Of a DNA stretch of 64,000 nucleotides, positions 31,248 through 42,667 are shown one piece after another. The notes under the pieces were generated by a model, which saw nothing but the letters and a program-made list of their open reading frames with translations, did not search any database and had not been told where the DNA came from. The stretch is from an uncultured Lachnospiraceae bacterium (GTDB lineage Bacteria; Bacillota; Clostridia; Lachnospirales; Lachnospiraceae): the NCBI GenBank assembly GCA_902782575.1, contig CACZNS010000027.1, forward strand, positions 750-64,749, given 5' to 3'. Within the stretch, counting starts at the first letter, position 1, and every line of letters begins with the position of its first letter. The position numbers were made by a program, and so were the translations under genes.

Positions 31248-32714
31248 TCAGCTGAACTTTTTTCCTGCCACGGACATCTCGTTCAGCAGAGCGATCTTCG
31301 TATCATATAGCTTCTGGGACAAATCCACATATACATTATGCGGATTGACCAGACGGCGTGTTTCGTCCCAAAGAGTTGCCAGCTCTTTCTGACAGAAATC
31401 CCGCATTTCCATGACCGTCGGAGAAGTATAGACACATTCTCCCTCATCAAAGACCTGTATCATGATCTCTCTCAATGTAAATTCGCCGGGCTTCAGCCAG
31501 GTTTTCTTCCAGGGTTCCTGCGGATCGAAAAGCATCAGCTCTTCTTTTTCCGAAAACTCTTCCTCCACAAGGCAGATCAGATCTGCCTTTACCTTACCTT
31601 CTTCATCGTAAACCCGGACGATCTTTTTGTTTCCGGGATTGGTAACCTTTACGCTGTTCTCCGAAAGCTTAATCTTCGGTACGAACTCTCCCTTTTCATC
31701 CTGGATCGCCGCCAGTTTATATACTCCCCCGAATGCCGGCCAGTCCTTGGAGGTGATCAGGTTTGTTCCAACACCCCAGCTTGTGATCTGCGCACCCTGC
31801 ACCTTCAGCGAATCGATCAAAAATTCATCCAGATCGTTACTTGCCGAGATCACTGCATCCGGGAAGCCCGCTTCGTCAAACATCTTTCGTGCTTTCTTGG
31901 ACAGATACGCAAGATCCCCGGAATCAAACCGTACGCCGTAAAGCTTCGGATGAATTCCCTTATCTCTCATCTCTTGAAATACCTTTATGGCATTCGGTAC
32001 ACCGCTCTTTAATGAATCATATGTATCGGCGATCAGCAGACAGGCATCCGGATAGATCTCCGCATATTTTCGAAATGCCGTGAGCTCGTCCGGGAAGCTC
32101 ATAACCCAGGAATGTGCGTTGGTTCCCTTGACAGGCACATTAAAAAGCTGGCCTGCGAGAACGTTTGACGTGCCGATGCAGCCTCCGATCATGGCCGCTC
32201 TTGCTCCATAGGTTCCCGCATCCGGGCCCTGCGCACGACGAAGACCAAATTCCATGATCCCGTCTCCTCTCGCGGCGTAACAGACGCGGGATGTCTTGGT
32301 AGCGATCAGGGACTGGTGGTTGATAATATTCAGGATCGCCGTTTCTACAAGCTGTGCCTGCATGATCGGCGCAATGACCTTTACCAGCGGTTCTCTCGGA
32401 AAGATCACTTCTCCTTCCGGAATAGACCAGATCGAACCGGTAAAGCGGAAATTCTTCAGATATTCCAGAAAGTCTTCTCCGAAAATACCCACCGAACGAA
32501 GATAATCGATATCTTCCTTATCAAAACGAAGCTCTTTGATATACTGGATCATCTGTTCCAGGCCCGCCATGATCGCGTAACCGCTTTCCAGCGGATTGGT
32601 CCGATAAAACATATCAAAGATAACGGTCTGATTGGCGTTTTCATTTCTAAAATAACCCTGCATCATCGTAAGTTCGTACAGGTCTGTCAGCAGCGTTAGA
32701 TTCTGTCTGTCCAT
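31248..32714 (-). CDS. pncB: nicotinate phosphoribosyltransferase
   Basis: LLTDLYELTM, EFGLRRAQG, AHSW, RFDSGDL, GVGT, GVYKL. Confidence 0.95.
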   Translation of the reverse strand: MDRQNLTLLTDLYELTMMQGYFRNENANQTVIFDMFYRTNPLESGYAIMAGLEQMIQYIKELRFDKEDIDYLRSVGIFGEDFLEYLKNFRFTGSIWSIPEGEVIFPREPLVKVIAPIMQAQLVETAILNIINHQSLIATKTSRVCYAARGDGIMEFGLRRAQGPDAGTYGARAAMIGGCIGTSNVLAGQLFNVPVKGTNAHSWVMSFPDELTAFRKYAEIYPDACLLIADTYDSLKSGVPNAIKVFQEMRDKGIHPKLYGVRFDSGDLAYLSKKARKMFDEAGFPDAVISASNDLDEFLIDSLKVQGAQITSWGVGTNLITSKDWPAFGGVYKLAAIQDEKGEFVPKIKLSENSVKVTNPGNKKIVRVYDEEGKVKADLICLVEEEFSEKEELMLFDPQEPWKKTWLKPGEFTLREIMIQVFDEGECVYTSPTVMEMRDFCQKELATLWDETRRLVNPHNVYVDLSQKLYDTKIALLNEMSVAGKKFS

Positions 32715-32864
32715 ATGCTTCCTTTCCGGAGGATGATCGAATTCGTTCCTGTCTGCTTCCCACGCAGATTAACACGACAAAAACATTGTTTCCCGAACAT
32801 TGCTGTGATCGCTGTCCTTAAGAAAACAATTTTCCTGCCGCATATCAGATACACGTGAACAGTA

Positions 32865-35800
32865 TTATAACACAAGCATCTGCATCCCGTCGAGAACTTC
32901 ATCCGCAACATCAATGAGCGGTTTCTCGTTCTCCTTCGGGACAGAATATAGAAAATACGGTTTACCTGCCGTGTTAAATGACATCCGCCCTTCAAAGGAT
33001 TCCAGCATCGGTGCGATCTTCAGCGGATCGATCTCCGCCCGGGCAAAAATATCAATTCTGATCTGTCTGCCGTTCACCTCCATATTTTCGATGAAGATCC
33101 CGTGGGCACGAGTGCGGAGAAGCGCGATGCGTATCAGATTTTCAGCAGGACCCGGTACATTTCCGAAACGATCCGTCAGCTCCTCTTTCATATCCGATGC
33201 CTCCTCCTCATTCGTGATGGCGGCGATCCGTTTATAAAGGTCCAGCTTGATGTTTTCATTTCTTACATAGGTATTCGGAATATATGCATCCGCATCCATA
33301 TCAATATAGGTGGAAAATTCGGGGATCTCTTTTTCCCCCTTCTCCTGCCGGATCGCGGTATCCAGCATCTTGCAGTAGAGATCATAGCCGACCTCCTCCA
33401 TATGTCCGGACTGCTCGGAGCCCAGTACATTACCGGCACCGCGTATCTCGAGATCCTTCATGGCGATCTTGAAGCCGGAGCCCAGATCGGTGAATTCTCT
33501 GATCGCCGCAAGTCGCTTTTCGGCTGTCTCCTTCAAAAGCTTGTCTTTCTTATACATAAGGAAGGCATAGCTGGTGCGGTTCGATCTGCCGACTCTGCCC
33601 CGGAGCTGGTATAGCTGAGACAGTCCCATCCTGTCGGAGTCGTGAATGATCATTGTATTGACGTTCGGAATATCCAGTCCCGTCTCTATGATCGTCGTAG
33701 ATACAAGCACATCGATCTCTCCATTGATAAAATCGAGCATGATGTTCTCCAGCTTTTTTTCTTCCATCTGACCGTGAGCATATGCCACACTCACATCCGG
33801 AACGAGTTTTTTGATCCTCGCCGTAATATCTGCAATATCGTTCACCCGGTTATAGACGTAATAAACCTGGCCCCCACGGCCTGTCTCCCTGCTGATCGCC
33901 TCTCTTACGACTTCGTCGTTATACTCCATCACAAAAGTCTGGATCGGACGCCTGTCCTCCGGAGCTTCCGTAAGCAGACTCATATCCCGGATCCCGACAA
34001 GGCTCATGTGAAGAGTCCGGGGGATCGGCGTGGCGGTAAGTGTCAGCACATCCACATTCTTTCGGAGCTCCTTGATCTTTTCCTTATGTGTCACACCGAA
34101 GCGCTGCTCCTCATCCACTACGAGCAGACCCAGATCCTTAAATCCGATATCCTTTGACAAAAGCCTGTGAGTACCTATGACAATATCAACCAGACCGTTT
34201 TTCATATTCGTTATCGTTTTTTTCTGCTGTGCGGCCGTCCGAAAGCGGCAGAGCAGATCCACTTTTACCGGAAAAGACGACATCCGCTGTACAAAGGTAT
34301 TGTAGTGCTGCTCGGCAAGGATCGTGGTCGGAACGAGGAAAGCGACCTGCTTACCCTCCTGAACAGCCTTAAACGCCGCTCTGATCGCGATCTCCGTTTT
34401 CCCGAAACCCACATCACCGCAGATCAACCGATCCATGATCTTCGTACTCGTCATATCGCGCTTCACATCCCGGATCGCACGGATCTGATCCTCGGTTTCC
34501 TCATATGGAAACATCTCCTCAAACTCCTGCTGCCATACCGTATCCTGTCCATAGGCAAAGCCATGATTCAAAGACCTCTCTGCATAAAGAGCCACCAGCC
34601 TTTTTGCTACCCCTTCGACTGCGCCTCTTACCCGCTGTCTGGTCTTTTTCCATTCATTTCCTCCGATCTTATTCAGACGGATATGCTTTTCGGAATCCGC
34701 GGATGCATATTTCTGAAGAGATTCCAGATTGGATGCGATCACATTTACATAGCTGTTCCCGCTGTATTCGATCCGCACATAATCTCTTATGACTCCATCG
34801 ATCTCAATATGTGCGATCCCACGGTATATCCCGATGCCATGCGCCTCATGCACCACATAGTCACCGATCGTCAGATCCGTGAAATCGGCGATCCTTGTGC
34901 CTTCATAGACAGTATGCCTGCGCCGCTTCGTTTTTTTTACACCGAAGATATCCGATTCCGAGATCACGATCAGTCCGATATCGGGAAACTCAAAACCCTT
35001 GCGGATACTTCCGTAAGCGGTCATGATCTCTCCCTTTTCCAGCTCCCTGTCTGCTTTCTCCGAATAAAATGCCGTAATATCTTTCTGCTGTAAATCCTTT
35101 GCGATATGAGAAGCCCTTGTATGCGACGGACTCAGGATCACGGTCCGAAAGCCGTTTTTCTTATTCTTTTTCAGATCCGATACCAGAGTTTCAAAGCTTT
35201 TATTGTAGGAGCTGACCGGTCTGGATAAAAGTCCGAACCGCTCTGTGGCTTCATAATTCTCATGACGCATCATGATCGTAGAAAGAGCCAGACAGCGTCT
35301 TGCGGACAAACGTGCAAAGATTTCTCCTGTTCCCCAGATCAGATCCGTCTGCCCGGGCAGTACATAACCTCCCGCAAGTCTGTGCTCCATACTTTCGGAA
35401 AACTCCTGCTCGGTCACTCTTCCTTTTTCCTCAAGTCTTGCCGGTTCATCCAGAAAAAAAACCGTATCCGGATCAAAGTAATCCATAAAAGAACAGAGGC
35501 TGTCAAAGAAATATCCGATATAACCGGCCAGATTTGCCGCCGCTCCGTATTCGGAAAGCTGCTCCATAAATTCATCCGCTGTTACACGGATCCGATGAGC
35601 TTCTTCCGTCTTCATGGACTTCCGGAATACAGCCTCCTGCTTTGCGGCTTCTTTCTCTATCTTCTGCTTTCCGGCTTCTCTGCCTGTATGATCCACGATC
35701 AGCTCTGCCGCCGGATAGATCGTGATCCTGCTTAGTTTTTCAATAGAGCGCTGGCTCATGGCATCAAACGCCCGGATCGAATCCACCTCATCCCCCCAGA

Positions 35801-36380
35801 GTTCGATCCTGACCGGATTTTCATCCGTAAGAGGAAAGATATCCATTATTCCTCCCCGGATCGCAAACTGCCCTGCCGCTTCCGCCTCTGCCGCTCTTTC
35901 ATAACCGCAGGAAACGAGGCGGGTGGAGAAATCCTTCAGATCCAGCGTATCACCTGTGCTGATCCGGAGAATATGCTCTGTAATGGAGGAACGACCCGGC
36001 AGGCGCTCCATCAGAGCATCAAAGGTCGTAACGATCACAAGCCTGCCACTCCCGTCATATTCGGAAAGTGCGCGGAGTGCTGTCATCCGCTGTGTTGTCA
36101 GCAGATTGCCGTTTAAGTCCGCCTGATAAAAAATTATGTCTTTAGCGGGATAATAATAGACATTACGGTCAAACAGCCTCTGTTCATCTGCGATCTCCCG
36201 TGCTTTCGCATCATCGGCAGCAACGATCACATTCACTCCGTTATCCGAAAGTGCTGCTTCCAAAACGGTTTTGGCAGAGTCTACGCAGCCATCCAGATCT
36301 GTTATTCCGGTTTTTTTTATGGATTTTTTCAGATCGTCAAAGATGCCAAGCTCTTTGACAGGTTCCAGCAATGCTTTCAT
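32865..36380 (-). CDS. mfd: transcription-repair coupling factor
   Basis: UvrB-like N-terminus, CarD-like domain, [23 protein letters not shown]. Confidence 0.97.
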   Translation of the reverse strand: MKALLEPVKELGIFDDLKKSIKKTGITDLDGCVDSAKTVLEAALSDNGVNVIVAADDAKAREIADEQRLFDRNVYYYPAKDIIFYQADLNGNLLTTQRMTALRALSEYDGSGRLVIVTTFDALMERLPGRSSITEHILRISTGDTLDLKDFSTRLVSCGYERAAEAEAAGQFAIRGGIMDIFPLTDENPVRIELWGDEVDSIRAFDAMSQRSIEKLSRITIYPAAELIVDHTGREAGKQKIEKEAAKQEAVFRKSMKTEEAHRIRVTADEFMEQLSEYGAAANLAGYIGYFFDSLCSFMDYFDPDTVFFLDEPARLEEKGRVTEQEFSESMEHRLAGGYVLPGQTDLIWGTGEIFARLSARRCLALSTIMMRHENYEATERFGLLSRPVSSYNKSFETLVSDLKKNKKNGFRTVILSPSHTRASHIAKDLQQKDITAFYSEKADRELEKGEIMTAYGSIRKGFEFPDIGLIVISESDIFGVKKTKRRRHTVYEGTRIADFTDLTIGDYVVHEAHGIGIYRGIAHIEIDGVIRDYVRIEYSGNSYVNVIASNLESLQKYASADSEKHIRLNKIGGNEWKKTRQRVRGAVEGVAKRLVALYAERSLNHGFAYGQDTVWQQEFEEMFPYEETEDQIRAIRDVKRDMTSTKIMDRLICGDVGFGKTEIAIRAAFKAVQEGKQVAFLVPTTILAEQHYNTFVQRMSSFPVKVDLLCRFRTAAQQKKTITNMKNGLVDIVIGTHRLLSKDIGFKDLGLLVVDEEQRFGVTHKEKIKELRKNVDVLTLTATPIPRTLHMSLVGIRDMSLLTEAPEDRRPIQTFVMEYNDEVVREAISRETGRGGQVYYVYNRVNDIADITARIKKLVPDVSVAYAHGQMEEKKLENIMLDFINGEIDVLVSTTIIETGLDIPNVNTMIIHDSDRMGLSQLYQLRGRVGRSNRTSYAFLMYKKDKLLKETAEKRLAAIREFTDLGSGFKIAMKDLEIRGAGNVLGSEQSGHMEEVGYDLYCKMLDTAIRQEKGEKEIPEFSTYIDMDADAYIPNTYVRNENIKLDLYKRIAAITNEEEASDMKEELTDRFGNVPGPAENLIRIALLRTRAHGIFIENMEVNGRQIRIDIFARAEIDPLKIAPMLESFEGRMSFNTAGKPYFLYSVPKENEKPLIDVADEVLDGMQMLVL

Positions 36381-36387
36381 GATATGC

Positions 36388-36951
36388 TCACTGATTAAAA
36401 CGATTCATCGCTATGTCCGCGCCTTCCGAAAGAATACTCTCCAGAGCATCGGCTGCGCGCATCACCGCATCTCTCATCACAGTCTGCTCATCCTCCGAAA
36501 ACCTCCCAAGGACCCAATCCACAAGATCCCACTGATGCGGCTTTGCCCCGATCCCGATGCGGATCCTGATAAATTCCTGTGTCCCGAGTTCTTTGATGAT
36601 ATTTTTCATGCCATTATGTCCCCCGGCCGATCCGCTTTTCCGGATCCTTAGTCTCCCGACTTCCAGATCAATATCGTCGTAGACTACGATCAGCTCACTT
36701 TTAAGATCCGGCTTATAAAACGATATCACTTCCCGCAGACTTTCACCGCTCAGGTTCATAAAGGTGATCGGTTTGATCAGAACGACTTTTTCCGCTCCGA
36801 TCTGACCCTTTCCGATCAGCGCATGAAATTTTTCCGTATCCACATGGATCCCGTGCCTTCCGCTCAGCTCATCGATCACGGTATAGCCGGTATTATGACG
36901 GGTTTTTTCATATTTCAAGCCCGGATTCCCGAGTCCGGCGATCAGAACCAT
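36388..36951 (-). CDS. pth: peptidyl-tRNA hydrolase
   Basis: GLGNPG..TRHN, FMNLSG, GGHNG. Confidence 0.96.
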   Translation of the reverse strand: MVLIAGLGNPGLKYEKTRHNTGYTVIDELSGRHGIHVDTEKFHALIGKGQIGAEKVVLIKPITFMNLSGESLREVISFYKPDLKSELIVVYDDIDLEVGRLRIRKSGSAGGHNGMKNIIKELGTQEFIRIRIGIGAKPHQWDLVDWVLGRFSEDEQTVMRDAVMRAADALESILSEGADIAMNRFNQ

Positions 36952-36971
36952 AAATTCCTCCAAGGCATACG

Positions 36972-37004
36972 AAAGGACTCCGAACTGGACCGGAGTCCTT
37001 TTTT
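36972..37004. terminator. terminator after spoVG
   Basis: AAAGGACTCCG..CGGAGTCCTTT perfect stem. Confidence 0.7.
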
Positions 37005-37066
37005 CTTCTATATTTTGATCTCTTCGTTTAAGAACCGCAGCAAAATAAAGAATCTGCTATTTATCT

Positions 37067-37330
37067 TTATTGCCCTACAATCTCTGTCTGATAGCGGTCA
37101 ATGATCAGATCCTGCAGCTTTGTGCGCATTTCCGAGCTGATCGGATGAGCGATATCCCGAAACTCTCCGTCGGCCCCTTTGCGGCTCGGCATTGCAATAA
37201 ACATGCCCTTATCGCCTTCGATCACCTTGATGTCATGGATCACAAATACATCATCCAGTGTGATCGAAACAATTGCCTTCATTTTTCCTTCTTTATCCAC
37301 TTTTCTGATACGTACATCTGTAATTTCCAT
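37067..37330 (-). CDS. spoVG: septation regulator SpoVG
   Basis: [29 protein letters not shown]. Confidence 0.96.
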   Translation of the reverse strand: MEITDVRIRKVDKEGKMKAIVSITLDDVFVIHDIKVIEGDKGMFIAMPSRKGADGEFRDIAHPISSEMRTKLQDLIIDRYQTEIVGQ

Positions 37331-37359
37331 ATAGATTATCCCTTTCCTGTTTCATGATG

Positions 37360-38478
37360 CTAAATAATATACCTTTCATTAGATTCTACTATGACTTCAA
37401 TCCTGTCCTCTGCCCTGTGATAAGAATTCGCACGGATCGTTCCGTGGCTCTCCACAATACAGTTCTCGATGTGTGTATTATCCCCGATATACACATCATT
37501 CAAAATAATAGAATTTCTGATATAGCAATTATTTCCTACGAATACCTTTCTGAACAGGACCGAATCCGTTACCGACCCGTTGATGATACATCCTGCCGAG
37601 ATCAGACTATTGGATATATCGGATCCTGCATTATACTTCGCCGGCGGCAGATCGTCCACCTTTGAATAGATATCGGGATACTGGTGCAGAAAGTAATCCC
37701 TGATCTCCGGTTTCAGGAAGTCCATATTGGTCCTGAAGTAGTCATCTACTGTTGCTATGTTGCGCCAATAGCCCTTCATCCGATAGCCGTATATTCTCTT
37801 TAACGATTTGTAGCGGATCAGGATGTCTCTTACGAAATCATGTCTGTCTTCTTCCGCACATTTTTCGATCAATTCGATCAGCTGACGTCTACGAATGATA
37901 TAGATGCCGCAGGATACAGTGTTCGATCTGGCCACAACGGGCTTTTCTTCAAACTCCTCGATCCGATCCTCGTCATCTGTTTTGATTATACCGTACCGTT
38001 CCACCTCCTCACCGGGCTCCATCTCCTTACAGACAACAGTGATATCTGCTTTCTTTTCAATATGATACTCCAATACTTTATTGAAGTCCAGTTTATATAC
38101 TCCATCTCCGGAAGCAATGATCACATATGGCTCATGACTGTTCTTCAAAAACGCGAGATTCTGATAAATCGCATCGGCTGTTCCTCTGTACCAGTAGTTG
38201 TTATCGGATGTAACTGCAGGTGTAAATACATAAAGACCACCCTGTTTCCGTCCGAAATCCCACCACTTGGAAGAGCTCAGATGCTCATTAAGGGATCCTG
38301 CGTTATATTGGGTAAAAACGGCAACCTTCTGAATATGAGAATTTGTCATGCTCGAAAGCACAAAGTCAATGCTCCGGTAGCTTCCTGCGATCGGCATAGC
38401 TGCAATCGCTCTTTTTTTGGAAAGTTCTTTCATGCGGTGGCTGCTTCCACCGGCAAGAATAATACCTATCGCCCTCAT
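37360..38478 (-). CDS. glgD: glucose-1-phosphate adenylyltransferase subunit GlgD
   Basis: GlgC paralog directly downstream of glgC with degenerate nucleotide-binding loop (LAGGSSHR). Confidence 0.9.
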   Translation of the reverse strand: MRAIGIILAGGSSHRMKELSKKRAIAAMPIAGSYRSIDFVLSSMTNSHIQKVAVFTQYNAGSLNEHLSSSKWWDFGRKQGGLYVFTPAVTSDNNYWYRGTADAIYQNLAFLKNSHEPYVIIASGDGVYKLDFNKVLEYHIEKKADITVVCKEMEPGEEVERYGIIKTDDEDRIEEFEEKPVVARSNTVSCGIYIIRRRQLIELIEKCAEEDRHDFVRDILIRYKSLKRIYGYRMKGYWRNIATVDDYFRTNMDFLKPEIRDYFLHQYPDIYSKVDDLPPAKYNAGSDISNSLISAGCIINGSVTDSVLFRKVFVGNNCYIRNSIILNDVYIGDNTHIENCIVESHGTIRANSYHRAEDRIEVIVESNERYII

Positions 38479-39749
38479 CGCCGCTCACCTGCCTTTATCA
38501 GAGTTTTTCCGGGCGCAAGCATTCCTCCCTCAAAGTCTTCTGCCTCAAATACACCGCTGACGACGCTGTTTTTTCCGATCGAAATATTATCCGGCAGAAC
38601 GGAATGCTCTGCTACTGTTACCAGCCCGTGATTGTATATTTCCGGATCCGTCTCGTTTTCCGTCTCATCTCCGATGCCAAGCTTTACATTTTTACCGATC
38701 TTTGCATTCTCCGCAACGATTGCCTTGTTTAGATCACAGTCGGCCCCGATCCTTGTCGCGTTCATGATAATCGAATCCCGGATGATCGAATTCGGCCCGA
38801 TAAAAACATCACAGCCGATCACCGAATTATAAATCTTCCCGTAGATCTCACTCCCTTCACCGATGATGCTGCCCTCGACAAACGCTCCTTTTGCAATAAA
38901 CTGCGGCGGAAGAGTTTCACATTTGGTAAAGATCTTCCAGTATTCTTCGTAAAGATTGAATTCCGGAATGATATCGATCAGCTCCATATTTGCCTGCCAG
39001 TATGAATACAGCGTTCCGACATCTTTCCAGTAGCTACTGTATTCATAGGCAAAAAGCCTCTCTTTTTTACCGTGACAATAGGGGATCACATGTTTGCCGA
39101 AATCCAGATTGGGCTGGTCCGCATTGGCGATCAAAGCCTCTCTGAGCACCTTCCAGGTAAAGATATAAATACCCATGGACGCAAGATTGCCGTGGGGTTC
39201 TTCCGGTTTTTCCTCAAATTCGGTGATCCTGTGCTCATCATCGGTGATCACGATACCAAACCGCTTCGCCTCCTCTATCGGTACAGGCATCGCAGCGATC
39301 GTAACAGCAGCATCGTTAGCCTTGTGGAAATCCAGCATCACTTCATAATCCATCTTATATATATGATCTCCGGAAAGGATCAATACATATTCCGGATTAT
39401 AGCTTTCCATATACTCGATATTCTGATAAATGGCATTTGCCGTGCCGGTATACCATTCAGAATGAACGTTTCTCTCAAACGGCGGAAGAACAGTCACACC
39501 TCCGATATTTCGATCCAAATCCCATGGAATACCGATCCCGATATGTGTATTCAGTCTAAGCGGCTGATACTGAGTCAGAACACCGACCGTATCTATACCG
39601 GAATTAATACAATTTGAAAGCGGAAAATCAATGATACGATATCTGCCGCCGAACGGTACGGCAGGCTTTGCCATCCGGGTCGTCAGAACACCCAGTCTGC
39701 TGCCCTGCCCTCCGGCGAGCAGCATAGCGATCATTTCCTTTTTGATCAT
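38475..39749 (-). CDS. glgC: glucose-1-phosphate adenylyltransferase
   Basis: [34 protein letters not shown]. Confidence 0.96.
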   Translation of the reverse strand: MIKKEMIAMLLAGGQGSRLGVLTTRMAKPAVPFGGRYRIIDFPLSNCINSGIDTVGVLTQYQPLRLNTHIGIGIPWDLDRNIGGVTVLPPFERNVHSEWYTGTANAIYQNIEYMESYNPEYVLILSGDHIYKMDYEVMLDFHKANDAAVTIAAMPVPIEEAKRFGIVITDDEHRITEFEEKPEEPHGNLASMGIYIFTWKVLREALIANADQPNLDFGKHVIPYCHGKKERLFAYEYSSYWKDVGTLYSYWQANMELIDIIPEFNLYEEYWKIFTKCETLPPQFIAKGAFVEGSIIGEGSEIYGKIYNSVIGCDVFIGPNSIIRDSIIMNATRIGADCDLNKAIVAENAKIGKNVKLGIGDETENETDPEIYNHGLVTVAEHSVLPDNISIGKNSVVSGVFEAEDFEGGMLAPGKTLIKAGERR

Positions 39750-39775
39750 GTTCTTTCTCTCCGTTACAGTATTAT

Positions 39776-39816
39776 TATGATGTTGGGGTCAAAAGATCCT
39801 TCGATCCCGACATCAT
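39776..39816. repeat. REP-like palindromic element, copy 2
   Basis: ATGATGTTGGGGTC-loop-GATCCCGACATCAT 14-bp stem (two G-T pairs); left arm shared with 6747. Confidence 0.55.
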
Positions 39817-40016
39817 TATTATTATCCATACATATCAATGGTTAATCAAAGATAGTATATCACTTTCCCTTACAAGTGTGAACATTTTTTACATATAATC
39901 CTCTTCCTTTTTGTATTATTCGGTCATATTGCACAATTCTAAGTTTACATAAATGTGAAACCACAAAATTTGGTTTTTCTTGTATCATAAAGCCATAAAT
40001 ATGGTATATTAGTGGT

Positions 40017-41405
40017 ATGTATGAAATTAATTTTAAAAATTTGGATTCTCTTCATTTTCATTTTATAGGAATTGGCGGCATCAGTATGAGCGGCCTTGCC
40101 GAGCTGCTGCTGTCAAAAGGCGCCATTGTATCCGGATCGGATTCAAAGCCTTCCCCTCTTACGGAAAAGCTGACCGGTCTCGGCGCTGTGATCGGCTACC
40201 CGCAAAAAGCCGAAAACATACCGGAGCATACGGATCTGGTCGTTGCGACCGCGGCAATCCACCCTGATAATCCGGAGATCAAAGAGACCGAAAGACGTGC
40301 TCTTCCCTTACTGACACGTGCCGAGCTTTTAGGGCAGGTTATGCGGCAATATGAACTGCCGATCGCGATTGCGGGAACACACGGAAAAACAACGACTACT
40401 TCCATGATCTCAGAGATCCTTCTCCGGACCGGAGCCGATCCGACGATCTCCGTCGGAGGAAATCTGGCATCGATCGGCGGGAATTTCCTGGTTGGAGGAG
40501 GCCGCTATTTTGTCATGGAAGCCTGTGAATACACAAATTCTTTTTTGAGCTTTTTCCCGAAGATCGCTGTGATCCTGAATATCGATGCAGATCATCTGGA
40601 CTTCTTCAAGGATATTGACGATATCCGGCAGTCCTTCCGACGGTTTGCTCTCTTACTTCCTGCAGACGGAACACTTGTAGTCAACCGGGATATTGAAGGC
40701 TTTGAAGATCTGGTAAAAGATCTGCCTTGCCGGATCATTACTTTTGGCCGGCACGAAGCATCCGACTACAGACCGGATGATATTCACTTTGATGAATATG
40801 CGCATCCTTCTTTCTCTGTAACGGGAAATGGTACAAAACGTCAATTTACTCTAGGCGTTCCGGGCGAACACAATGTTTATAATGCTACTGCCGCGATAGC
40901 CGTGGCGGATCTTCTGGGATTTGGTTCTTCTGAACTTCTGCCGGAAGCATTGTCCGGCTACGCCGGAACCGACCGGCGGTTCGAGCTGAAGGGAACCGTT
41001 AACGGCATAACTGTTATAGACGATTATGCGCATCACCCGACGGAGATCCGGGCAACACTCAAAGCTGCCGCAAACTATCCTCACAAAAAGTTGTGGTGCG
41101 TTTTCCAGCCCCATACCTATTCCAGAACAAAAGCCCTGTTCGATGAATTTGCGGACGCTCTTTGTCTGGCGGACGAAGTGGTTCTGGCAGATATCTATGC
41201 GGCCCGGGAAACGGATGATCTGGGCATCAGTTCTTCCATGCTTTCCGATGAGATCAACGCACGCGGAGGTTCCAGCCGTTATCTTTCATCTTTCTCCGAG
41301 ATTGAAAATTTTCTTTTGGCAAATTGCGTCAACGGAGATTTGTTGATAACTATGGGGGCCGGAAATATAGTTACAGTGGGAGAAGAACTACTTAAAAACA
41401 AATAA
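40017..41405 (+). CDS. murC: UDP-N-acetylmuramate--L-alanine ligase
   Basis: GIGGISMSG, GTHGKTTTT, DDYAHHPTE, FQPH. Confidence 0.96.
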   Translation: MYEINFKNLDSLHFHFIGIGGISMSGLAELLLSKGAIVSGSDSKPSPLTEKLTGLGAVIGYPQKAENIPEHTDLVVATAAIHPDNPEIKETERRALPLLTRAELLGQVMRQYELPIAIAGTHGKTTTTSMISEILLRTGADPTISVGGNLASIGGNFLVGGGRYFVMEACEYTNSFLSFFPKIAVILNIDADHLDFFKDIDDIRQSFRRFALLLPADGTLVVNRDIEGFEDLVKDLPCRIITFGRHEASDYRPDDIHFDEYAHPSFSVTGNGTKRQFTLGVPGEHNVYNATAAIAVADLLGFGSSELLPEALSGYAGTDRRFELKGTVNGITVIDDYAHHPTEIRATLKAAANYPHKKLWCVFQPHTYSRTKALFDEFADALCLADEVVLADIYAARETDDLGISSSMLSDEINARGGSSRYLSSFSEIENFLLANCVNGDLLITMGAGNIVTVGEELLKNK

Positions 41406-41523
41406 TCCACGTTTTCCACAAAATTATTATTCACGCTGTTGAAAGAGAATATTTGTTATTTTTGTGAAAAAAATGCCGACATTCTTTTCATCAACATTAT
41501 CCACGTTTTCCACTTTATGCCAC
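41403..41523. promoter_or_regulatory. DnaA-box cluster
   Basis: TAATCCACG-TTTTCCACA (41403-41420), TTATTCACG (41427), reverse TTTTTCACA (41463), TCATCAACA-TTATCCACG-TTTTCCACT (41488-41514). Confidence 0.65.
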
Positions 41524-41620
41524 TCATAATTTGATCCTGCGGTAAGACTGTTTCTTTTTGATTTTTGATGTGCTATACTCCACACGCTGAAAAAAAAGAA
41601 TGGGAATCGGAAATAGGAAT

Positions 41621-42667
41621 ATGAATGGAATAAAACTGCGCGGAAGCCGCTATTCCGGAAACACAATCGTATCAAACTGCTTTATCGATAATTATATGGC
41701 CGAAGCGAATGAAGCCCAGCTGAAGATCTATCTTTATCTGATGCGCTGCATCGAAGCGGATGAGCCTGTATCCGTGCTTTCGATCGCGGATCGCTTTAAT
41801 TATACCGAAAGAGATGTGCTCCGTTCACTGGTTTACTGGTCCAAAAACGGCATTGTTACACTGGAGTATGACAATGCACATAATGTTACAGGCATCACCC
41901 TGAATGATCCTCAGGATGCACCGGAGAATGCCTCATTTGCTGCCGAGCCTTTACAGCTGGCGTCTGCTCCTTCCTATTCTCAGGAAAAGCTCAGGGCTTT
42001 TCGCAATCGAGCCGATGTACGTCAGCTTGTATTCGTTACGGAACAGTATTTTAAGCAGACGCTGAGCCTGACGGATCTGACCTCTCTGCTGTATCTATAT
42101 GACGAACTCCATTTCTCGACAGACCTGATCGAGTTTCTGATCGAGTACAGCGTTAATTCGGGAAAACCGAACATGCGCTATATTGAGGAAGTGGCTTTAA
42201 ACTGGAGCGATGAGGGAATCCATACTCCCGAAGAAGCAAAAAACTATATCCGGTTTCATAATAAGGATAACCACCGGATTCTGAAAGAATTCGGCATTTC
42301 GGATCGCAGTCTGACTCCGGTCGAAGCAGACTATATTGATAAATGGAAGAACGAATATCATTTTTCTATCGAGCTCATCTGTGAAGCCGCCGCAAGAACG
42401 ATCCGGCAGATCGCAAAGCCGTCGTTTCCTTATGCGGATTCGATCTTGAGCGCCTGGAATAAAGCCGGAGTAAAGAAACCGGAGGACATCAATGTACTTG
42501 ATACGATCCGGGGTGAAAAACGAGCTCCTGCATTTACGGCTGTACCCGGAAACGCTTCCCGTCCGGTCGTAAACCGATTCAAGAATTTTACGGAAAGAGA
42601 TTATGATATGACGTTACTGGAAAAAGAGCTTTCTTCCAAAGCGCTGGCAAAGGCAAGTGATCTATGA
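41621..42667 (+). CDS. DnaD/DnaB domain replication protein
   Basis: VSNCFIDNYM..LKIYLYL winged helix; two DnaD-like domains (YIEEVALNW, YADSILSAW). Confidence 0.85.
   Translation: MNGIKLRGSRYSGNTIVSNCFIDNYMAEANEAQLKIYLYLMRCIEADEPVSVLSIADRFNYTERDVLRSLVYWSKNGIVTLEYDNAHNVTGITLNDPQDAPENASFAAEPLQLASAPSYSQEKLRAFRNRADVRQLVFVTEQYFKQTLSLTDLTSLLYLYDELHFSTDLIEFLIEYSVNSGKPNMRYIEEVALNWSDEGIHTPEEAKNYIRFHNKDNHRILKEFGISDRSLTPVEADYIDKWKNEYHFSIELICEAAARTIRQIAKPSFPYADSILSAWNKAGVKKPEDINVLDTIRGEKRAPAFTAVPGNASRPVVNRFKNFTERDYDMTLLEKELSSKALAKASDL

Noticed and set aside
41403-41523. Possible oriC
   Set aside because: No dnaA or dnaN nearby, and gene-strand bias does not switch across this point
41427-41675. 82-aa minus-strand ORF with VENVDNVDE
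   Set aside because: The peptide repeat is simply the translation of tandem DnaA boxes
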